A stretch of DNA of 64,000 bases from Phoronis australis. Its lineage: Eukaryota; Animalia; Phoronida. The notes beneath the pieces were generated by a model, which searched no databases, had not been told where the DNA came from, and saw only the letters and a program-made list of their open reading frames with translations. Location: contig NMRA01000012.1 of NCBI GenBank assembly GCA_002633005.1, positions 524,487 through 588,486 of the forward strand, given 5' to 3'. Both the position numbers and the translations under genes were made by a program. Positions 22,601 through 34,600 of the stretch are shown piece after piece. Within the stretch, counting starts at the first letter, position 1. Every line of letters begins with the position of its first letter.

Positions 22601-25600
22601 AGGGGTTCCAACTACCCAGCAAAGTGAATCATTTCTCAGCTGTCCCCTGGACACTGATGCGGGCATTGTTTGGTGAACAAAATAGTCTTGAACTTTACTG
22701 TATGATTTGATTGTAAATCGCCATTGTAGCTTGCTAACTCAAAATCGCCTGAAAGTTAAGAAAATTATTCAAAATCATGAAAATGACCTTGTGCCCTAGT
22801 ACCTTGCCAAATATATTCAGCTAGTTATTACAAGTGTTATTTTTTATAAGCAGCCGTTTTTACTGTGCTACTCAGTTTTCTTTTTCATTTTGATTTGCTA
22901 AACATTTACCATGATGGTTTATGCTGACTAAATCTTTCCTTTTTCTTTCTTCATTTCCTTTTTCCTTGCGTGAAAGTTTGATTCTGCGTGTTACTGACGT
23001 GTGTGTTTACTAAAATGTCGTCATCAGTGCCTCGACTCACCAGCGAGTTGTTAGTAGATTCCTAGGCCCAGTTATTAGTAAGTAGTTTTACTGACAGTCA
23101 TGCCTTGCCAATCCTATGCTAAGTGACTGAGTGAGGTAGGTTTGATTATTTTAATTTTTGGGAAGCATGCGGAGGTTTGTTTCTGTTAAATATCTGTTTA
23201 CATGATGATCGTACTGCACAGCAAACCTTGCATGTGTGGTATATGAACGTTTGTTATTATTTGTTGTTTATATAGGTGCACTTGCATGCTACCGTAGACT
23301 GTTATATAATATAAAGATTGTTTTAAGCTGTTAATGATGCATGGTTGATGCACATTTCCTCATGTTTGGAACATTTGTCACGACCACAAAACCAATCGAG
23401 AAGAATATTTACAAAATTCAATTTATTTAGTACCGGGATTTTCTGTAAATAAGCCCACAGGTTTGTCTTCAGAAATTTCTGGTGTTTATTCGGAAAGGGG
23501 GGCCTGTAAACAGGGGGTCATAGCCTCCGCTGATATGAAACGATCAGCGATTTTTTGCATAAAACTGTGCTTTTTTAATTTTAAGTTAATAAATACATAC
23601 TTCGCCAACATGTTTTGTAAATAATAAATGCTCCACAAAACTGAATCTGTGGCTAAAAGTTGACGCTGAGTGGGCTTTTAAGAGGGAATTTTTTCTAATA
23701 AACGCCTCACTATCTGGACACTTGGGTATTTATTTGGCATTATTTTTTGAATAAATGCCCGTGATGTTATCTACAAAAAAACCCGGTATTATTTTTTTAT
23801 TCAATCCTAGATTTTTCTCAAAGTAGAACTGAATTGTCAAATAATTGACTAAAGAATAAACCTTATAAAACTTTTATTCCCAAAATGAAATTACTGTTTC
23901 ATAGAACCTATTGTGTTATTTGTTTATTTTTTATTAATGGTGGAGGTCCTAATCACTGTGTATAATTTGGGGCTGGTTTGTTGTAGATGTCGGGCGTGAG
24001 GCCAAATTTGTTTGACCTATATTTTGTCCTGTTTCCTGTGTCTTTTTGTTCCATGGAGTCACTGTTTTTTTATTCACGTCAGGTGGAATGCTGCCCTGTG
24101 GTCAGTCACGATTGTCGTTTTTGTTGAATGTTTGTTTTCGTATCTTATCCAGACACCAGTTGCTTGACTGGCCCTGCACGTAGAACGTTGTTTAAGAACA
24201 AGAAAGCATTTTCACTGCACAGCGTCATAGTTGAGGAGCCTGTTGTTGAGACGGTGAATGTGTCGTCCTCCGAGAGTGAGCCTGAGGCGGCAGGTAGGCT
24301 GGATCACAGACACTCGCCACAGGAGTATTGTGCTGATAAGGTCATATGATCAGATCTTGAAGCTGACAGATTCCTTTAAAAAAACTATTAGGTTTCCTCA
24401 TTATTTTGACTGTAAAACAGTTTCTTTTAGTTCATAGCAAAGCCAGTGTCTCTTGTTGATTTTTGCTTTCAGTTTACGTTCTCTAGTAAATTTAGTTTCT
24501 AGTTTACTGGGATCAAAAACGTCTACATCAATAACTTCATCAAACTGGTGTCAGCAATTTAACAATACCGGTATATCAACTATAGTTGAAGTTTCTTTTT
24601 TTGGCAACGCGTTGAAAATCAAAAGTCCATGGAAGGCCGGTCAGCACAGTACATTGTTAATCACTTCTTTGTTTGATGTCAGGTCACTGTAGCTGTTTCT
24701 CCCTCTGCTTTACACCTGTTTATTTATGTTTATTTATGTTGATCAAGTATACGCATACTAATTACGTTACCTAATCATATTGATGTTTGGTTCATTAACG
24801 GAATCATTTATCTTCTATGCAAATATGTTTATTTTTAAGCCTACTCATATGTTAACGTTTATGGTATCCCAGGCTTTTTCTGGATTTGGTCGAAACTCTA
24901 CTCAACTGTAATTGGAGACTGATAATCATTGAAACTTGTGTAAGCACACATGCATTCTCTAAAGTTGCATTTACGTGAAAGACAGCTGTCATGAAGCAAC
25001 TAACATGGAACAGCTGATTGGGTGCAAGAACTGTGTGTAAACACGACTGACACGAACCAAGTGACACTGCTGCGGTCATTTTTGATACCTATTTGAGAGG
25101 TAGAGCGAGTTGCACTCGATCAGTTGCTACAGTTTCAACTACACATATCTAAACACAAGTGGGACAAGGGGGAAAGGGATCATGTTTCAATGCGCTTGCG
25201 CAATGGCATATATACAGGTGATCTGCTGGCATTCCACATGGCTTGTACGTTCACTATTGTTTATGCGAGCATGCGCAGACAGTCTTTGTGTAAGTGACTC
25301 TGGCTGATTCAGTTTACAATCTAATGTTGTGTAAATGGAGCAATTTGCGCCATGACAACTGTCTCTCGTGTAAAAGTGGCTTAAGGAGGAATGGAAATAC
25401 TTGTCTCCAGCTACCAGTTTTGATGTTGTCTTGCATGTTCATTGTTCACGGAATATTGTTTTTCACAACTTGGGCTGTTGTATTTCTGCATGCTCTCTAC
25501 TCATTTTACCTTGACCTATATAGCGGCCCGTTCGGCCATGTCACGTAGAAATCGGTTACAAAGGCAGCATGCTCTAGTGCGACGGACCAGCCGGCAGGTA

Positions 25601-28600
25601 TTCAACGACAGTAATAATAATCTTAATCAGAACAGACAGGAGTCACAGACAGAGTTGTCAGGTGAGTGCCAAGTTGATAGGTCAGTGAAACAACTCTTCT
25701 GTCCAATGAAACACAACACTTATGTCCAATGTTGCTTTTGTTGTGAAGATGCCATGTTATATCTAATCAATGAATTTTCAACCAATACAGAGTACTGTAA
25801 TCTCTGTTGTATGTGTTGGTCTCCAAGCAGATTACGGATATCTCAAACCTTATTCAGGGGCGGATCCAGGATTTTGAGTTGGGGGGGCCAGAGCAGGATT
25901 TTGCCCACCAGACATTCGCACCCCCAAATTGCCAAATGGAATCTGAGAGAATTTTAGGGGGGGGGGGCATGGCCCCTTTAGCCCCCCTCTGAATCCGCCA
26001 CTGTTATTGACAAAAATTGACCGTTTTTACAATATTTCACGTCTAGTTAATTACCATTCTCAGAGGGAATTTCAAATAGTGAAATATATACAGTGTACTG
26101 GAGAATATGTTCGTCATTGGTTTCTATACAGTGTACTAGAGAATAGGTTCGTCATTGGTCTCTATACAGTGTAGCGAGAAAAAAGGAAGCAGAAGCACCT
26201 TAGAACTGCACAACCGTATGGACGTGTGTTTAATGCTTATCCAAGGTCAAAGGTTAGAGGGTTGTTGCTCAAATCGCATCTCTCGCCAAGCATAGAGCAA
26301 CTCCGTATGTATCCTAAGTCTTTTCATTCACCGAGTCGCCATAATATTGAGTCAAAAAAGTGTACATGTGGTAGAAAGATGCAAGGGAAAACATAGTTTT
26401 GATCATGAGAAAGTTGTGCATCTGCATGCAAACAACTGTTGAGAACAAACGCTCCGAGTCGCCTCATGCCTCTGTGACTTTGTGATCATGTACACAGCAA
26501 GTTGTGAAAAGAGACAAACCTCGTCCAAATTTATTTGATAGGTAACTTGACATTTCGCTGTTTCGATCTCATGCTCACACGATATGCTTTAACCACTGAC
26601 TCGATTTCTGTTGTTCATTTCGTGCTCATGGTTTCATATCAGTTCCCCGGTGCTTGATGTGTATGGCAATGAACTGTTGCCCGTTTTTAAGTAGATCAAC
26701 AGTTTTAATGATAATTGTGCACTGCAAATTCAGTTGACATTGCGAGTGAATGTTGAAATAGCAAACATGGTTAAGGCATGTATAGGTTATATTGACCGAA
26801 AAGTTTTCACCAAATAAACTCAAGACCTTGAGATTGTCACGTTCCTGAACTTAATCCACTTTTTCTTGGCTTCAGCAAATCGACTTATTGAACTTAGGAA
26901 CACGAGATCTCAAAAATGACTTGGTGGATTTCGCTGAAACTGTCCAAACTTGATATTTATTCATCAATCTCAAAAACAATTTTCGATATAAAGTTTTTGC
27001 GTAACGTAACAAAGATGAGTACGGCTGCACATTTTAATAAAACACCTTTCATTTTGTGAGTTGATTTGTAATAGAAGGAAAAGACTAATCGAAAATTACT
27101 AACAGTGTTTTGAGGTAACTGGTGAAGTTTTAATGTAAAAAGGTTTCATTGAAATCAACAGAGGGGTTAATTTGCTATGAATTTACCTTCCTTAAAAATG
27201 AGAATTTAACTTTCAAAGGTTAAATAATAATAATAATGGCACATTGACACAAATCGTAGTTTTATAATCCCTGATCTTTTTTCTTTCTTTTACTAGTTGA
27301 CAAAGCCTGTTCATAGTTTTTGATACACGAGTTAGAATGGAGGCCACTAAATAAGTTTTGAGATAATCTTAAGTTCCTCATTCGGGTCTTCAGGCTCTGA
27401 ATCAGAGTTCAAAGGTAGTAATTGAGAAAAATATTTGCCTGAGGATCCCAGAGGACTAAAAAATATGCAGCCCTCATGAAAAATTTGTAAACCAACATTC
27501 GCAGAAACAGATTAAGATGGGAAGGGTATGAGGTTGGTTTTGTAGTTACACAAAACGGCAGGTATCTTGGAAAGAAATTCAACAATTAATTGCACATGAT
27601 AACATTTGGCACCTGTTTGAATAATTTGAGTCATCGCAAAAATGCATTTTTGTTTGAACATTCATTGATCTTTTATCCAAACCAACAAACCTGACAATGA
27701 TTCACTTGTATGGAAAGGCACGGCTCGCTTTTTGTGTCTGCCTTTGTTTTGACATTCATATGAATATTCATGAGTTGATATGTCATGGCACCTTAATATT
27801 GGCTTATACTTACCTTAATATGGCCTTGTATTGCATTGTATAAGTTACAGCTAGTATGTGTTGTACTGCTGTATCCCATCTTTATTTCATATGTCTAAAT
27901 GGTTGCTTAAAGTCTTTTTAAGTAGACGTAGTGTTTTAAGCCTAGTTTCCGCAATGTTGTAAAAGTCACAGTCGCATTCATGTGTCTGCACCAGTCACTT
28001 AAAAGGAATAACAAGACTACAACCATAGTCTTAACAGTTGGAATAGACCAAACTCTTGTCACTACAACTGTCAGTGACAGCTTGTGATGGCGGGCCTAAA
28101 ATGATTTGCCCAATTGCCGACTGTCAGCACCTTCAACATTATGGTTATCAGGGTTGGTAATTCTTACTGTTATATTTTCCATAGTACTCTTTTTGTTATT
28201 TCATTTGTGTACATATCTATGTTTGTATTTACTTTTGTTGTTGCAGACATTGTGTTCATTGTTTTTTTATGCTACCAGTCTGATGAAGTTCTAGCTATCA
28301 ACTGAAACCCTCTAATTTCATCTTTTTCTTAGCCTTTACAGTCACCCCTTATTGCATTTCTGCCATCCTTTCTCTGTGCTGCACCCGTTCTTGTTGATAT
28401 AGATTATTAGCAGTTCGTACATCCCTTGTCATGTGTCTGCCTTGCATGAGTAGCCATGTTGTTTCTCGCTTGTTGTAGATGCTAACTGTCTTCATACTGT
28501 TACCTCTTCCCCTGGCTCCAGTACTCTGAGTGGCCGACTACGCCGGCGGGGAGCCTTCTACCGAAGCATGTCCAAACAGTCCAGCATTGATGCTTCCTCA

Positions 28601-31600
28601 GATAGTGCATTTAGCTGTTCTAGTGCTGAAGGTATAGTAATTGACTGCACCGACTGTATTCATCTACAGACTAGTCTAATTTACCATAACCTGACCATTT
28701 TTTTCTTGGTTGCTGGGGCCCCTAATTACCGAACGTTACTTGTTATTCAACACCGACATTAACTACTTGTATACCAAGCTTCAAGTTAACTTAAGAATTC
28801 CACCAGGTCACGAGAAAAGTTTGTTGTCTCAGGCCTCAATTTCTGGTTTGGCAAAACATGTTTTATTCATTTTGATGGTATCTAAGCGAAAACATGTCTA
28901 ATGTTGCTTTCTTTGTACTTGCCGACATTTTTGTTCATAATGCAACCATGATCTGTGAACAATGGGTTTTAGAGCAAAGTTTTAGTTTGTCAAACATACC
29001 ATGGATTCAGTGTAGCTCAAGAGACCAACTGTAGCACCTTTTTGTTAATTAGAATCTCATAGAGATCACTTTTAGCACTTATATTGTTATGAATTCAATT
29101 TTATTTAATATGCATTTAAAGTCCTGGTCACTTGCCCTTGGTATAAATTGCCTTGCATAGGTAGACTACAACTGTTGTATATAGATTGACATAGTAATGA
29201 ATGAGTGTGTGTTCTGACTCATACTTGCAAAGTATACATGGAACGTTAGAAGGCATTTAAAAATCTAGAAATCAAACAGTTTCTGATGGTCTTTTTAGAA
29301 TTCATATTGAAGTTTAAAATGTCTCCCAGTTTTTATGAACAGAAAACCAATAAAATTGGAAACACCATCTATACAGATAACATGCCAATCTGAAGAATTA
29401 GTTCCAGTTTTCTCAGTCCAGACACCCAGGCATTTGATTCTTCACTGTGTTTGTGATACTGTACTAGCTAACCCGTGGATGTATACCCTATAACCACCAC
29501 ATGTCCCCCCGTTATAGTGTATGGCACTCCCAACTGCATGACGCCCACTTGTGTATCACCCTTGGTTGACCGAGTGGAATCTCAGACATTGTTGATTGTG
29601 CCAGAGATCTCAGTAGACAAAGGTTGGTATAAAACTGTACGCTTACCTATTTTTAACAAACTCAGAAAGAGGACTCGAACTTTTTATTGAAACTGTTACT
29701 GGAATTGCACTGGTGGCCCTATGCATCCATACAAATGTAAATATATTCCAGTTCTGAAGAACAAGAGAAAGACTAAAATGTTAGACAGAAAACCAGATTT
29801 CTTAACACTGCATTATATAAAAATAATAGCATCAGCCTTGAAGTTGATTTCTTTTTCTGTCTTTCTTAGAAAAAATATTGTTTTAATTTTCCTGGCACAG
29901 TAAATTGGTGTATGCATTAACAGAATGCGCTTCATTTGATTATGGGTATTCTTCAACATTAACTGTGCACGGAGATTGGAAACCTCTTGTTACCACAAAG
30001 AAAGGGCTTGCATACTGAAATTATAATTAACAATAGTTGTCATCAACTGGACTTGATTTTTATTGATTACAGACAGTATTTAATTAACTAATGCTCATTA
30101 TTTAACGATTTAAACATCCCCAATTTTTAGTTATTTTTGTTTCTTTTTATGACATAACGGTGTAAAAAATATAGACCTTGGTGTCATAATTGTTTTATAT
30201 AAGTAATCATTTCACCAGGTGCCACTGCTATGACTAATAGTCCACAGTCATATCACCAGGTGGCACTGCTAGGACCAATAGGCTATAGTCTTTTGTTCTA
30301 TACGTATTTGTCTGTTTTTCTTTGGTTAGTTTTATTAGGGTTTGTTTACTATTTTTGCTTAAATGAATGTTTTTCCTGTTATGCTAAAATGATTGAGTAG
30401 ATTAAACTGAAATAACATGGCAGGCTTTAAATACATAATTATTTGTTTTAAAATTCAACATTCGTCTTTTGTATTACAGCGGTGTATTTGTCTCTTATTT
30501 TCTTATATGTTCGACATATGTCTTGAAAAATAATCCACGCATCTTAAGTCTTTTTTTCCAAAGATAGAAAGGAAACGGCAGATGTAAGGGAAATTTTCCA
30601 TTTTCAAAATTCAAAGAATTGCTTCACAGCATGATCTCTAACAAATCAGGTACAATAGACTTACCTGCTCCTTAGGTTATTGAATGTCTTCTACTCCTGA
30701 GTGACGTGGTTGCATGCTGCTGATAGATGCTTTCCCCTGTTGACACTCGATGCCCACTAGGTGTCTCCACTGTCTGCCTGCCTATAGTTAGTGATGTTGT
30801 AAACACTGTTTTGATCTCGTTTCTGTGCTAGTTCCCAGCATCCAAGTTACAAAACACAGTAGTTCTAGCGAGGAGGAACTTAGTTACGATAGTGATGATG
30901 AGATGTCGCCACTAGTCAGAGTCTCAGGTAGGCAAAGTTTGAGTTGTCAGTAAGGATGCACATTTGTGAAAGTGTGTGGTTTAAAGATGTATCGGCATAA
31001 AATTGACATCCCTCTTTTGTTGTGTACGTAAGGGGATATATACAGTTGCATTATGCCATATTGTCTGGTGTTATGTACATTATCCGAGTGTTACTGTTTT
31101 ACCAGAAATCAGTAGCACTCGGACAAATTGATAAAAATCAAATAAAAAGACCCTGGTGCACTGATATAATTAAGCCATCAAATACAGTAAAGATAAAACT
31201 ACATCCATGTAAAGGTCACATGGCCTTGTGTGTGGTTTCCTGCATTTTGCCCTGTTTAGCAGGCTAAAACAAAAATCATATTTGGCCTCTACTCTTATAA
31301 AGTCAGTCTTGTCATATTCCTTCATGAGACAACTCCTACGCTAACATTTAGTGTTCTGTTACCCCAACACCTAACTGAGTCTAAGCCAGATGTGACTAAC
31401 CGTCGCTAATTGATTCACAAATGAATGTGCGTGGCTTAGCCGCACATCTGAAAAAAATCCTTTTCGCTAATTTCTCTTATAATGCATCGGTTTTATTAAA
31501 AAATGGCTACTATTTATTTTTCAATTTTAAAAACAGTCATGTTGGTTGTTTGCCTTATTTATTGTTCGCTTTTTGACTTTGAAACTTGTACGCTAAAAGG

Positions 31601-34600
31601 GCATGTTGGTTTACGACCATAATTATGTCATCCAACATGTTCAGCCAAGCCCATTTAATACCGACTTGCTTACTTCAATCAGTGCCGGTGCTGTCAAGCC
31701 TTTGATGTGCCGAGGACCTCACTAGATACTCTGGGGTAAACTGTGCACGCTTTCTCATCCAGCATGCAAATCCTGTAAGTGAAAGATTTGCCTAATGTAC
31801 AGTGATAGGGCTCTATTTTGCTTGTCAACAAGATCATCTAAACCACTGGACTTAAAAAAAGCTCTTCGTTGGCCATGCAACCTTAAAATAATTGTAAATT
31901 CAAAAATGGTGTTTTTATGCACTACATATGACTTGAGTTGGTAACAGAAATGGAATCTTATGACAATAAGGAATATTATGAGTCCAACTTTATGAGAGTA
32001 ACAGTGTCCTATAATTTGATGTATGTTTGTAAGCCACCTAAACATGGTGAAATGCACCTATATTATTTTAAAAAATAAATGATTTATTCCCTACTTGATA
32101 TTCCAGTCTAGTTTGTGGTAGGTATTATTTTCACTCGTTTATCACCATGATAACAAATTGTATAACTCTGTGTATGTCACATGTTCACTTTGTTAAGCAC
32201 TTCACTTAGCTCAATTTAACACTTAACTGTCATTTCACAGAAATTGTATTTCAGTGCAGTTTCATTGCTCAGTATTAATTTGGTATGTGCTTCAGTTATT
32301 AAGTTAGAAATGCAATTCAACTAAAGTATTTTTGCTGTTTCAGCTTAAATGATAATTTTATTGGTTATGTTGCTATTGCTGTTAACACTATTAAATTACG
32401 ATATATAAAATAATATGGGATGATTCCAAGGGCAATATCAGTACACGCCAAAATTATTCAGACAAATTGACCCAGAATGCAACATTATGATGGTTGAGTG
32501 GATCCCCAGTTGTTCCTCTCATGACTTAGAATGGAGTGGTTATGACGGGGGGTTATGATGCGAGGGGTTATGACGGGAAAGTTATGTCCCTATAATAGTC
32601 ACTTCCAGTCTGTAAACAGAATTACTTTTCGTGAGTCAGGAAAATGGGGGTTTGTCTGATTACTTTTGTCTCGCACCATTGATGACTAGAGGGAAACCGA
32701 CATTGCATTCCCGAGGTCGACATAACCTGATATGCCCTGGGGGCCGGTGCAGTCTATATTTTGTTTCATTATGTGACCAATGACGCTTATTTCCTTTTGA
32801 TTTCTACTCTTATTAAATCAGCATGATTTGATGTATTGCCATTGTCTGTCAATTTGTTTTCACTGTAAGAGGTTTGTGATTTCTACAGCTTCTGATTGGT
32901 CACTCCACTAATAGTGACCACTGTCATTTGGACGGCTTGGAAATGTGATACTTCATTGATAACCAGTCAACATTACCTCATGCTGGAAATTGTCATACCA
33001 CATTTTAACCTATCAGAGGATAGAAATTGTGTAATAATAACAAATTCTAAACGTTATTGATGTTGTCCTTAAGATTATGACTGACCAGGATCAAGAACTG
33101 AGTGTTAGCTTGTTGTTCAAATTACTTTGTCTCCCTCAAATTTTTACCTTTAAAGAACCATATTCCATTATGGAAAAAAGATTACTAGTGACGAACATAT
33201 CTTTACTAGATCATTTTTCTGACATTATATTCCTCTGATTCTGCTGAATTATTTTGCCTACATTGAATCTTCATCACCCTAGGTTATTCTGTTCATATCT
33301 CATGCAAATATACAAATTTCCGTTGTTCATAATTATTGTTCTTTTAATAACTTTCTGATTTTGAAATTACAACTCAGGCTTAACCAAGAACCACTCTGAT
33401 CCCAAGTTCAGTTATGAGAACGAGGAGGCGGCCTCAGCTTCTCACCGCCTTCAGCGGCAGGATGCCAAGAGNGTATTATGTTAAATCTATGATTACAAAT
33501 TCTAAACGTTATTGATGTTGTCCTTAAGATTATGACTGACCAGGATCAAGAACTGAGTGTTAGCTTGTTGTTCAAATTACTTTGTCTCCCTCAAATTTTT
33601 ACCTTTAAAGAACCATATTCCATTATGGAAAAAAGATTACTAATGACCAACATATCTTTACTAGATCATTTTTCTGACATTATATTCCTCTGATTCTGCT
33701 GAATTATTTTGCCTACATTGAATCTTCATCACCCTAGGTTATTCTGTTCATATCTCATGCAAATATACAAATTTCCGTTGTTCATAATTATTGTTCTTTT
33801 AATAACTTTCTGATTTTGAAATTACAACTCAGGCTTAACCAAGAACCACTCTGATCCCAAGTTCAGTTATGAGAACGAGGAGGCGGCCTCAGCTTCTCAC
33901 CGCCTTCAGCGGCAGGATGCCAAGAGTCGGAAGACATTTAAGTTCCGCCGTGACCTGAGCAGCAAGGTGACTGGCACTCGATCTGCGCCTCCCAGGGCGG
34001 GATCAACCATCGATGAGGATATGTCTCCGACCACACCCGACAAACAAGCTCTGATAAACAATGATGACAATGATGACAAGGGTAGGTGTTGACAAGAAAG
34101 ACTGTTTAAGGGCATTTTTCATTTAAGTGACTCTCCGCCTTTCCTGCATAGATGCTGCCTTAACATGGAAATTCTGAAATAGGCCGAGTGGCAAACTGGT
34201 CTTTTCCTGAAAGCAATTAGTTTCTACCATAAATAGATATTGAGTGGTCCCCTGCAATTGATAATTAAAACGGACCAACTGTGCTAGGTTTGGCCAGCTT
34301 TGTCGATGGTTGTTCGGTTTGCACTAAACTTAAGGTAATCTGAGTTAGTATTTTGGCTTCATTTTCTATTATTGCAAGGATATTTCTGAGACAGGAATTT
34401 TGTGTGGCTGAGAAACCTTATTTGAGATAAGCTTTTGGAGTGTGAACTATGGGGAAATGGTTGTTTAGTTAATACCGTATGTTAAGCTGAACCCACAAAA
34501 CTTCACGGACCATGAATGACTTCCCTATGTTGTGTTTTCACTAATCATGCACCACATTACATGGTGAGTGAATATAGCCCCCACAGTTAGTCACACTAGA

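Noticed and set aside
25662-25957. Cys-rich 3' part of the 171-aa ORF 25442-25957
   Set aside because: Intron plus transposon sequence beyond a consensus gtgagt donor at 25662.
32530-33040. Short ggttatgac repeats and a repeat-like block (similar-looking blocks at ~3540-3670 and ~56630-56790)
   Set aside because: Probably old non-autonomous repeats, but I could not define TIRs or TSDs.
33378-33471. Second copy of a UNC80 exon start suggesting mutually exclusive exons
   Set aside because: Truncated at an N and near-identical to the downstream copy; more likely an assembly overlap.
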